Of a DNA stretch of 64,000 nt, positions 26,701-37,500 are shown in pieces; position 1 is the stretch's first letter, and every line of letters begins with the position of its first letter. The position numbers were made by a program, and so were the translations under genes. Below the pieces are notes generated by a model. That model saw nothing but the letters and a program-made list of their open reading frames with translations. It made no database searches and had not been told where the DNA came from. This DNA comes from Raillietiella orientalis (taxonomy: Eukaryota), in assembly GCA_036172245.1 (NCBI GenBank), contig JAYWIR010000002.1, positions 3,286,001 to 3,350,000 of the forward strand. Direction: 5' to 3'.

Positions 26701-29700
26701 CGTCTCAACAGATGGGGGAATCCGTAGGGTCATCCCAGCCTTTCCCATGATTCCTGAGCGCCATCGCGCAGACTGCAAGCCCGCAAGACAGCTGAGGGAA
26801 CCAGACTAATGGCATCCTGTTGGAACTCTAAGATCCTAAGTGATCATAAGGGACCACTAGAGATGGCACAATCTCAGTCGAAGATCCCTGAAGGCCAGCA
26901 GCGCGCGGCGGATGCGACTGACCCCCTATGGACCTAAGCGGATTCCCTACGAATCGTCGCCACAGACTTCAGATAGGTGTAAAACTTCAGCGCCCTTCAG
27001 CAGCGAAGGGAAGGGTGACAGAAAGACGTTTCGAGAGAAGGGGCAGAAGTTCCCGCTGGTCACCAAGAGGGACGCTTTCTACTTTTGGACCCCTCCAAAA
27101 AGAGGAGGAGATTCCACTAAGAGGTCCTCACCGGATGTGAAAAGAGACGTGCAAAAGCAAAGAGTCTTACAGAAACGTTCGAAAGGGCATCACTAGCAGG
27201 CATCAGCAACTGCCCCCGGCAGAACTTCCTACTTACTTGAAGTCAACCTCCGTCTTGCACAGGAACCAGTTGATCTTCCCTTCTTCCTTTTCGGCTAATG
27301 CTATGAGCAGCTTCCAGGAGTTTCCCTTGGGAAGAGGAGGCCTACCAGGAAGGCGAAGGGCAAACTGCCTCGCGGCAAAGAGATCGGGCCTGTTACGAAC
27401 GCATAGGTGACCTTCTGGTTCGTTCTTGCGGAAGTCTTCGAACCAGGCGAAGATGCTGTTGGAGTAAAGCTCCACGTACGCTTCTTTCCAGTTGCGGCTC
27501 AGAAAGCGTTCTGCAACGAAAAGAGGATCGGTCATGGAGGGACGGTAGAAGCAGAAAAGATCAGCAGTGCCCTAAAGAAGATGAAGGTCCATGGTAAAGA
27601 AGAAAAAGAAGAAAGGTCCATTATCGGTCGGAACTCAAGAACAGACGGGGAGCGTCGGAAAACGAAATCTTCAGGAAAGTTGTCTCAAGGTCTCTCCAGC
27701 CCAGAGGATGGATTGCTTCCAGCTCGCCATTTTTTTCAAATGCCTCGGGAACCTTCTTTTCAGCCTACACGGAATCTGACATGGAATGGGAACAGTCCTT
27801 TCGCTCCTCACAGGTGTGCGCTTGAGGAACCGCTGCGAACGCTCCTGAACGACCGACCCCGCACGTTCCTGAGAGAAGCTCCTGGAAGCCCACAAAGGAG
27901 AGGATTCGCATGCTCTCGAACACCGCTGCTTCTTGGATATAGCACTTCGCCTCGACGTCCTCGAGTTCCGATGGACAGGAATTAGTCTTGTCCCTAGCTC
28001 AAGCCCGATGAACGGCCTCAAAAGCACACACGTCACTGTTTTGAGTCTTCTCTCCAGCACGCGGCCTCATTCACACACAGGTCCACAGTGGACACCAGCT
28101 CCCCATCCCACCTAGGAGGAACTTACAGCTGAAAGTGGCTAAATGGAGGGTCTGCGCTACAAGTTCACCTCCCAGGCACCGGGTCAAATTCGCAGTTTTA
28201 GGAAATCCATCTCCAGTGATGGAACAAAAGAAGTCAGGTCTGGAATCTCGAAGATTCGGGAGGTCTTCTCTGATGGAAAGGCGCAGGCAGGGAGGGTGAT
28301 CAAGAACCTCCATATCTCGACTTTCCCGGACTAATGGACTTCAGGGTCTAAGGGTCCGTGACAAAGACACGCCCTCACGTTTCCGTGGACTAGCAGACCA
28401 CGCATGCTGGATCGGATACGCGATCTGGATATCAATTTGTGCGTGCTTTCCCCAGGACACCGAGGAAGACTTGCTAGAGGAGCAGAGATGCTGCGTTTGC
28501 TTGACCTGGATACACCCTCAGCGTCGAATCGGGCATCCCTAGCAAGCAGCCAGGTGTTTCCCGTACGAAATTTTAAACAGAGATCGCTTTCTGGATTCCT
28601 TCGCAGGTAGATCAGATGAAGGCATTTCCGACCTCCTACCCTGAATCTTTTCTCATTGAGCATGCGTGCATTTTGTCCCACCCAGGAGGGGACAAAGGGA
28701 TTCCAAGTCCAATCACTCGCCCCCTTCATTTCGCGATGGCAGTGGGCAGACTTCCGGGTGAAAGGAACTTGATGATTTGGAGAAGGCAACGAGTCGCATC
28801 GCTTCTAGTTCGTCTATCAGTCGAACGCCCTGGGTGCGACCCAATGAAAAGAGGGTCGGTTGCTGGCCTCCTTCGGGAGTTCCATGTCCTCCTGAATATC
28901 CTTCTGCTTCCTGCAGGAAGCGCCGGTCGGGGTTCCTGCAGGAAGCAGAAGGATATTGCTAGAAGGATATGCTTTCGTCTCTCCTCATCCCTGAATCCTT
29001 TCGCTCCAGTCGGGATGGATTCGAAGTCAAGGGTCTCCTTCTTTCCTTCATCCCAGTGGTAGGGGAAAACCGTGCGTCATTCACAGTCCCATTCCACTCC
29101 GCGTTCACCGCCACCATTGACTTTCATGCAAGCTTCGGGAGAGACAGGAACGATCCGCCATAAGGGGGACTGCAAGAAATAGTCACCACGTGCAAGTTCA
29201 CGCAATGACCAGCCCCAAGCTGCCTTCGAAGCAGAGGAAAAGCTCTTCTCACTGTGACCACTGGTCCCAGAGGCTCCTTGAAGTGCTAAACATGGACGAC
29301 GGAAAGCTCTCGGATGAATTCTGCTCCCTGTGCGCAAACTTTTGGGAACAGACCCCTTTCTCCTCCCTATTTGAGAGACTGGAGCCCTAAGGGATGTTGA
29401 GAAGAAAAGCGAATGTCCTTTACCACGTAGAGAACTAGGAGGAATCTCTCCAGACCGACAGCGAGGATCATTCAATCCAAGGTCTTCACGTTCGGAGGAC
29501 ACTTCCCTAAGGTGAGCATGAAAAACTTTAGACCAACAGGGGGGGGGGGGTTTCGTGCGTGCTCACTCCCTGAAAGGCCCACTGCAAGAACAGAAAACAA
29601 TTTAGCTTGACCATTTAGAGGTCAAACAAAGTGTGTCCTTCTGAGATGGTGAGGACAAAGAAAATGACTATTCCCTCTGGAGGTTCTCACCCACAGAGTC

Positions 29701-31749
29701 GATGGATGTAGGCACGAGATTTCGATATTGAGAGACAACGGGCCGCATCTATAAAAATGATCATGAGGCCCGAAAATGTGTACACGAGCGTTCCTCGGTG
29801 CACCCTGAATGGTCACAAGAGCCTAACACACCCAAAGCGTTTTGACGAGCCGCGAAGGTTGAAGCGACCATTAAAAAGGCCATAACCCGGATAACGGCTG
29901 AGCTCTTTACCTCTCTACGGGTTATCTCAATTCGGTGCACGTGTTCGATTCGTTCAGATCTGCCAAGAACATGCACCGTGAAGCAGGAAACCGAGGACAG
30001 GTTGCTACGGAAGGCATCTCTGAGCCATTCTGAGTGGGCGTTCACCAAGAGTCGGACCAGATTGAGAGAAAGAGGGAGGAAAAAAAAAAAAAAGCAATGC
30101 GAGAAAAGAAACGAAATGATGCTCGATGGACTTGGACCACTAAAGACCGTCAGATATCGGACCCGATGGAGGAGCTTTCGCAGCTCATTCCAGAGGAAGG
30201 TTCCATCCTCACAGGAAGCCAAAGGACTTTGGTCGACTTGCAAAGCTCCCTCTTCTGATGATTCTGAGAGAAAGGTCACGTCAACGACGAAAAGGAAGAT
30301 CTTTCCTCTTTGTCTCAAGCCTCAAAGTTCCTCAGGATCCCTCTCGGTTACTTGGATCTTCCGCGCAAGAATTCTCCTTGAAAGAACTTCGATGCCTCTA
30401 CTGTAGTAACTCCTTGCTACCATTCTCAAGTATGCCTTTCGGATGATGGGTGACTGTACGAGAATATACTCGATGCCCGAGAGACTCTCTTGCTGAGGCC
30501 GCGCTGCAGTTTCCAGGAAAAGGCTCATCAAGGATTGGAGGGCATCTTGCCTTGTAAAGCGGAGACTGATCCGTGTCGAAGATGGGAGGGGATCAACCGT
30601 CCTCCGAAATAAGACGCAGGCAATGTCTTCGACGGGAAACGATAGCGAATGCTCCATTCCCATTCCGTTCCCGTTCTCTCTTCATTCCTCTGTGAGCTTC
30701 CTGTTAACTAGCATGTGCTTCATGAGCCTGTAATTCCTTCCCTTCACATACGCGTCTTATTTTGCATTCACAACCATCCAGTAGCAACCACTGTCGTTTC
30801 CCTTCAACAGCTGCCGGGTTCCTGGATTGTACGCGGATGCAACAAGCGGGTGTTTCCGTTCCTGAGCAGTTCCCGTTACTCTCACGGAAGTGCCTTCCTT
30901 TCGAGAAGGCGGAACTGAACCGGAATGAGTCTGCGCTTGCACCTCCCTTTCCAGTCCGTGTTGTCGCGCGCTCATGCATGCGCGGGAACGGCCGCCTGTC
31001 TGCTCAACCCCTTGTCAGTTGTGACCTCGGAGTTCGGCGGCCTTGTCCTCTACGAGGGGGTTTTCCCCTGATGCGTACGCCACCATGGTTTCTCCCGCAG
31101 GAGAAACCCAGGTTCTCCTTTAGAACCCCAATCGAGATCTACAGAACGCTCTCTGAGGGAGGGAGGAAGGGGGTCCAGTAACGAGTGCAGCTGCGGAAGG
31201 AAAAGGAGTTCCTCTCTCGTCCATGACGCACGATTCTGTCCATTGGGAGAGTGAGCTGCCACCGGATCTCCCCATAGCTTGTGAAGGGATGTTTCCTCCT
31301 TCCAGGAAAGACACTTTCACTCCTCGGGAACATTCGGCCCGAAGGTCGAGCCCTTGCTCCGCTCCGCTTTAGGAAAGGGGGAACTCGTTCGTCCTCCCAA
31401 ACGACCCGCTCGCATTTCTTTCAGCATGCAGCCGTTTGCGTCAGAGTTCACCTCAGTCCGAAGACCGGACGAGAGAGTCTGCCCTCCATCGAGCGCCTCC
31501 CAGCCTCACCCACCGTTCCCTGAGTGCCTCCAAAGGTTCTGGAATGCTGTGGGGGGTGCTACAAGAGCATCCCCTAAGGTTGCGAGGAGACCGCGGCGCT
31601 CGACAGACCTCGGGGGTGGACGGACCTCGCTAGTGCTTCACGCGCACGCGGACTCAGCGATCAGAAAGCTGCGAGAGCCCAGAGGTGGAACCGGAAGTCC
31701 ACTTACTTTTGAAGTGCAGCATGTATCCCGTCCTGAAGGGCTTCGGCAT
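14739..31749 (-). CDS. PH-domain protein, PLEKHB/evectin-like, 316 aa. Coding exons 31749-31707, 27510-27237, 18979-18952, 17218-16981, 15106-14739
   Basis: Exons join in phase (1, 2, 0, 1) through canonical splice sites and total 951 nt. The N-terminus MPKPFRTGYMLHFKKRFLSRNWKEAYVELYSNSIFAWFED...INWFLCKTEVDFNEWMAAIVST is a PH domain, from the beta1/beta2 strands to the C-terminal helix Trp. A low-complexity linker follows, then a hydrophobic Gly-rich segment GFASGVILGGLLTTVSWGGWGLGYGW and an acidic/aromatic tail (DYYGQWDMDCGGMDFGGGAL). The family assignment is from recalled domain architecture. Confidence 0.85.
19064..19135. repeat. Imperfect (CAA)n/(CAG)n microsatellite
   Basis: aacaacaacaatagcaac...gcagcagcagcagcagcaacaacaag, intronic to the PH gene. 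Confidence 0.6.
21330..21710 (-). mobile_element. SINE internal fragment (repeat array region)
   Basis: Reverse-complement match to 13560-13920 and 33940-34270 (ccctggttgtctccgaag, gaagagaaccccgaagggac, cttcaggataggggg). Confidence 0.7.
23600..24180. mobile_element. Composite remnant: SINE body fragment (minus, ~23600-23750) fused to a decayed LINE 3' end (plus)
   Basis: 23630-23750 matches 40985-41115. It is followed on + by VNPNCARCEE*ESFPHLLVDLC, a broken zf-RVT CCHC motif, and ends in a T-rich tract. Confidence 0.55.
24370..24530 (-). mobile_element. SINE 5' fragment
   Basis: Minus-strand gcacgcggcaccgtgcgttacgggttcgaaccccgcccgggaaaggatcgacgccga...gggtttcgag...agatgatgctggttggcctc matches 33590-33700. 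Confidence 0.7.
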
Positions 31750-33419
31750 GCCTGAAAAAAAAAAAGAAAGGGGGAGGGGTTCATTACTTGTAACGGAAGA
31801 TGCCAGCGTGCGAAGCGAAACAAAACAGATTCTCCAGAAAATGTCAGGGAATTCCCCAGCGCCAAAGGACCCTCCGATGAACGCGCGGACGGGCGTGGCG
31901 AGGCGCCCGTGGACGAGCGCCAGAGGGGACCCCGTCAGGCGGACGGAGCGGAGGAGATCCAGCCCGAGGGTGAGGAGGCGAGCTCATCGCTGGTCTCCGC
32001 AGCCAGTGCTTTCGATATGCATCCGAGAGAAGCTGCCCTTGGCACTATCGCCGCGGGCGCTGGAACGCCAAGCCGCATCCCCATTCGCTCGAATTATTGC
32101 CGGCAGCTGCGGGCCAGGTCTGCGGTATCAATCATCGGCTGCGGATCGCAGCATCCTTGCTGCGGCGAAGGGAAGCTGTGGGAACCGCCTCGCTGCTCGC
32201 TCCTTGCTGACCGCGTCTCTCCCTCACAATAATTCGTTTCTGCCTCATAATCGGGATAATAATCTGGAAAGCATCTTCTCCCTCCACTGAAGCAGTTGAC
32301 TGATTCAGCATTAAAAAAAAAAAATCCAGCTTTGCTCCTGAGGGGAAACTGCGTTCTGACGAGCGAAGCGCATTCTGGTTAGTTGGCTGCTTTTCCTTCC
32401 GCGGAAGACTTTCCAGGGATGGGGATTTTTTCCTCGCGAGCGCTGCGGCTTCCGGGAGAGCGGAGAACGAGCGCTCACGGCGAGGTGAGGGTTGACGGGT
32501 CGCGCGAGGGGGGTCGTAGATAGCGAGCGCGACTGGCGAGTGGTCCGAGAATATTCCGTGCGGACACTGTGTCTCCCCGACCACAGATCCGAAACTGGCT
32601 CAGGAGCGCCGTGTGTTCGTTCGCTTTCTGCTCGGAATTTCGAGGAGACGAACGCGCAACTGTGGCTCCCCCTTGGTGATGAAGTTGAGGGAGGAGGGGG
32701 TTCGAGGCACCCTTAAGATTTTCTCTCCAGGCTAGGGTTTCCCTTACTCCTGGCACTGCAGCCTCAGCTTCCCCGGCCGGGCACTTTCCAGATCTGATGG
32801 CGGCACGCAGAGCTCTTGGCATCGATAGCTCATGAGGAAGCGATCCTGGCAACCCGGATGCGGGAAGCCTCAAGCATTTGCTCCCCGTAAGAGTATAAAT
32901 CAAGATCGAGGGAACCGGGTTCAGTTCCGGGATCCAGAACTCTGGCGTTCCCTCTGTCGGGCCAGTAAGCGCCCAATAGTTCCCGGATTTCGAGGGGTGA
33001 CGATTCGCGTTTCCCTCTCAGGGAAAAGATGGTTCCCGCGGTTGGACCAGCAACTTGCAGCATCCAGCTTTGCGTAGCACGCGGAAATCAGGGAGAACTC
33101 CAACTTTCGCAAAAAGGCGAGCTCAGCAGATGGAACGATCTCGAGAGATCTGTTGAGTCTGGGAAACTGAGGGAAGCAGCTCTTTTGTGGGAGGTCCCTG
33201 AATCAAGAAGCCCGGTGACGTCTCCGGAGAAAGACTTCTAGAACGAATCCGTCTTCTCTGTTCCGAGCTTATAGGCTGGTAGACTTTCCAGGACTGGGTT
33301 CCATTCCGTAGCTATGGAAACCCACTTGTATCCAGCTTAAAGCGGCTCAGGGATCATGCATTCCGAGTAAATTGCATTTTCCTATCCCGAAATTCGACGA
33401 GGCATTTCTCTCAGCGCCT

Positions 33420-33485
33420 CCGAGGTCGATCCTTCCCGGGCGGGATTCGAACCCGCAACACCTGGTGCCACGCGCTGGCAACTCA
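33420..33485 (-). mobile_element. SINE head only (tRNA-derived), divergent from the adjacent copy
   Basis: The minus strand reads gcgcgtggcaccaggtgttGCGGG-TTCGAAT-CCCGCccgggaaggatcgac: a perfect T-arm followed by the family-specific ggaaggatcgac. Confidence 0.7.
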
Positions 33486-33559
33486 AGGTTCGACCCCACG
33501 CCTGCATTTCTTTGCATCTTTTCTCCCGTATGAGAGGGAACCGCTCCTCTTTGCTCCAG

Positions 33560-34500
33560 GCCCGCTTCGGAGGCTGAGGTCTCCGTGCATGGCCCCAAGC
33601 GTCGCGCGTTCGAATCCCACTCGAGGAAAGATCGACGCCGAAAGGCGGGGGTGCGTCGCGGGTTTCGAGCTCTTCCCGCGAGATGACGCTGGTCGGCCTC
33701 CATTCATTCGGGTGCGGCACCGGTAGCGGTTTAAACCGAATGGCCCCGATGAGGGCCGGGACAATGAGTCCTTCCAGGAATCAAGGAGTAAATGTTCCCG
33801 CCCGGTTACGAAGAAGCGGACTCCCTCCTTAGGAGGTTATCTTCCGTCTCGTACCATGGAGCTGGTGGATGGACGATGCCTGTCCAGAGTGCAAAGAAGC
33901 GTGTTGCTCCCTTCGGGGAAACTGCGTCCTTCTGAATTTCGGAAGCGTTCCTTCTGGGTTCTCTTCAAAGGAGTAAACAGGAGTAGTGCGCTTGCGGGTT
34001 CCCTTCGGAGAAGAAATTCCTAACGGGCAGATCCTTTCCGGGTTCCCTTCGGAGAAGAACAAATAGAGCCGAACCCTTCGGGGGTCGCTCCGGAGAGAAT
34101 AAGAAAGGCGATCCCTTCGGGGTTCCCCTTCGGAGACAACCAGGGTGGAAGGTTTCCTTCGGGGATCCCTCCCCAGGAGTGAGAGGAACGGACTCCCTTC
34201 CCCAGAGTTCTTCCTGGATTCAAAGGGTGGTTCCCTTTCGGGTACCCCCTATCTTGAAGAGCTGCACACTCGGATGGCGTGGGACAGCGTGAAAGAGCTT
34301 CGGGAGCCGCCGCCAGGGGCCCGACGGTTGTTGAGATGCTCAGCAAACCAAAAAGAAAGAAAACCCGAGAAAAAAAAAAAAACAGCTGGAAGTAGAACAG
34401 CCGAGACAGAAAAGAACCCAAAAGAATTTCCATCATTAATTCTACCCTCCTGTAAGGGGGCATTCTCTGTCAGGAAGTCTTCGACAATGTTACGAACACC
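33560..34500 (+). mobile_element. tRNA-headed SINE-like element, near full-length copy
   Basis: gttcgaatccc B box near 33608, body homologous to 13210-14130, the clearest ~40-bp repeat array (33945-34250), and an A-rich tract at 34345-34385. Confidence 0.78.
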
Positions 34501-37500
34501 CACTTGCAACCGTATGAGTGATGACCAGTTAATTGGCGGTTCCCACTCTCATTCTTCCTTTCGAGTGGGGGATCTCTGTCACTTCCATGTTCTTTCCTGT
34601 CCTCCTTCCCATGTGTCTAAATGCCTCGAGGTGATCTTGGCTTCCTTTGTTCCTTCCACTCCTCTGTTTCCTCCCCCAACTCCACCCTCAACTTCCTCAG
34701 TTTTCCTTAGAACCTGAGAACTGGTGGATAGATCTGCTGGGGACTGTGCGTAAGTGGGTGTTTGCACGCGGACGTTTTGTTCATCCGGACTGCTTCCTCA
34801 GGATTCCTAAGCTGCAGTACTGAGTCCGTTCGTGACCTCCGCAGGGCTTGAGACCTTTGCCATCGGCTTTCCAAAGAGATAATCACTGGCTCGAGAGGAT
34901 CTCTTCGAACTTGGAAGTGCCCGAACTTCCCTTTTTCCCTGCAGAGTTCCAGCTCTCGTCACTTCATGGATCTGCACGCTCGTTAACTTTCGAGATCCTC
35001 CTGGAATGCGTAGAGTTTTCCGACCCGAGACCAATAACCGACCCTGTGAGTTTCCGAGGGGTCGCACATCGGTATAATTCCTCTTGAGTGTCCGAGTCAC
35101 CAGCATGAAATGCCTTCCTTCAATATCGAACCCGTTAGAGGTTTCCATGGACACATACAACAAGAACGTAGGAATAATTTGTCTTCTTTTTTTCCTTTTT
35201 AAAACAAATGCCATTTAGAGAGAAAGCAGTTGCTTTCCTCATTCTGAGATGCTGGGAGCTCCAGCTTCGGAAATCTGGAGACGGAAATCAACATGAGGGA
35301 TGCAGGCTGCATTTGAGTTTGCACCATCTTGCATCACGGATCCTCGCGGAGCATGCCTCCCGGTTTTCCCTCCCGTACGCATCCACGTGCATTTCGGTCT
35401 CCTGCCCTGCCTTCATCGATCAGTGCATTTTCGACCAATGTCTGGTGATTTCAATCCACAGGCATCGGTTGCTATAGAGTCCACCCCCCCTCTCTCTCCA
35501 GAATGATCGATCAAACAGCTGGACTGTTGCGATGTGCTCCGTCCTGTCCTCCAAATCCAAGGAGAAATGGTATCGTCCCTGGTCGTGGTGCGGCCTCACT
35601 CGGAAATTTTGCATTCTTTTTTGAAGGGGTTGCGTCGTCACCGTTGTCCGTGGGTGCGCCTCTTCCCGCCTTGGCTTCAGTTCACTACTTCGTTGGCAGC
35701 ATGCTGACCCGAGTGTGGCTCGTGGTCCAAGAACGTCTTGGAGATTGCCAACGCACCGATTCATCTGCTGACCACCTGTCGAGATCAGATGGCAGTTCCT
35801 TCCAGCAACTTTGGTGCTTCTTCTGGACGACGTTAGAAATTACCCCACCCCTTGTGGGACTTGGGGAAAATAGAAGATGCTCCTCTCTTCCTCGTCCCCC
35901 CTTTGCTTTTCGATTCGTTCACCATCCGCTAGTGGTGCCGCGATCTAAGGATGGCCGGAGACGCATCCTTTGCTGATTCCTAACTGGACCCGAGTGCAGT
36001 CTGGATCCTCTAACGGAAGGCCAGTCCGGCTGTCCTGGCCCAAACCCGGGAGGCGAATTGCAGACGAAGCATCCGCGCGAGTCATCAAAGCCGTGTAGAT
36101 CAGCGAACTCAGTCTCGTCCTCATCCGTCGGATGAGATCTGCTGAGGCAGGAGGACCTTCGGATGGAAGTTCGGGACCGAGGACCTCCGTTTTCGACATT
36201 TCGAGCAAAAACTCGCAGAGAGCAGTCGGTCTCGAGAAGTGCACGAGGAACACGGCGAACCACACCGGAGCAACTCATCTGAGTCGAACGCCTTTCTTTT
36301 CTTCTCCCTGTTCTTCCACACCCGGATCCTTCCAATAAAAGATGTTAAGGACTCGTAGTCGAAAGATCGCAGCCGTGGCAGCCTTGAGCCCAGGTTGAAA
36401 CGCAGTTCATCCGCCGGAACTCATCGCCTCTATTCCGTGCCCCGCCGACTGAATTTTCCGGGAGTCCCGGAGGAAAGATTTTTCTTTCTCTCGTTCGCTG
36501 TGCTTTTCCCGACCTTGCCGATCTATGCGAGGTCGAGGGAATGAGCCCCGAGCACCGGCTTTGGAGTACCGATGAGGACCGCTCTCTGCGAAGTGACCGG
36601 TCCTGCCTCGAGGAATCTTCCTCGCCTCCAGCCAAGCCCTCTCCCCTTTTGAGGAAATCGGATCGCGGATCGGGCGGGAGAGATCCGTTTGGTGGACGGG
36701 AGCTCGCAGATGAGATGCTCGGTATCATCCTCAGCCCGCATCCTCGTCACATGACTCACCTCGCTCGAGAGTCGGAGAAAGTTCCCGTTCTCAAGAGGGG
36801 GAGGATCTCTGTGGGTCATCGAGCTGCTCTCAGGCGACGTCCCGTGACGGCAAGTTCCGTTAAGCGGAGAAAATCGGAGGGTCACAAAGACTGGCGAGAA
36901 AGGGAAGTGAAAGAGGGCTTCGTTTTCTGAAGCAGGTGCATCCGGATGCTGCATCTCGAGAGAGGCCACGTCGATCAGGAAGAGCTCCACGATAGGCGCC
37001 TCCGAGCGCATCGAAGATGAACCGGCCTGTCGCGGCTTGCAGAGGGCCCAGCGGGTGCCTGGGAAAGACCGCCTTGGGAGCCACGGAAACGGTGACCCAA
37101 GTGACACGCGGATTGGGAGTGCGCTCATTCTGCCGCCAGCCGGAGCGACCAGGAGGGCTGCGGTTGCGTTCCAATCGGCTGGAGGATCATCCAAAGATGA
37201 GGGCAACGGTTCGGCGCTGCTGTGGGAGCGAGAAACAGTCGGAAGGAGGGCAGCTGCCATCGCGGGAGGCTTTGCGAGGAGCATTGCCAGACGAGCAGGG
37301 AACGCGCTGTCTTTTGTCCTGGGGGTCACCAGCTAAGGTCGGAGCTTCGGCGAATAGCGCGATGGTGCTCCCCAGAGCGTTCTCATCAGGATGAAGGCGT
37401 TTTTGTTTCTTCCCGCTGCAGCCTTCCGAGGAGAGGACGTGCGAACACCTTCCTCCACGTGAGGTACACTGGTGGTCAACTCGACTGGTAGACAGCGCGG

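Noticed and set aside
33420-33485. Functional tRNA gene
   Set aside because: Only the T-arm is convincing. I could not form a D-arm or acceptor stem, and the 3' flank is the SINE body.
33945-34250. Repeat-spacer pattern as a CRISPR array
   Set aside because: The repeats are degenerate, the spacers are short and similar between dispersed copies, the context is eukaryotic and there are no cas genes.
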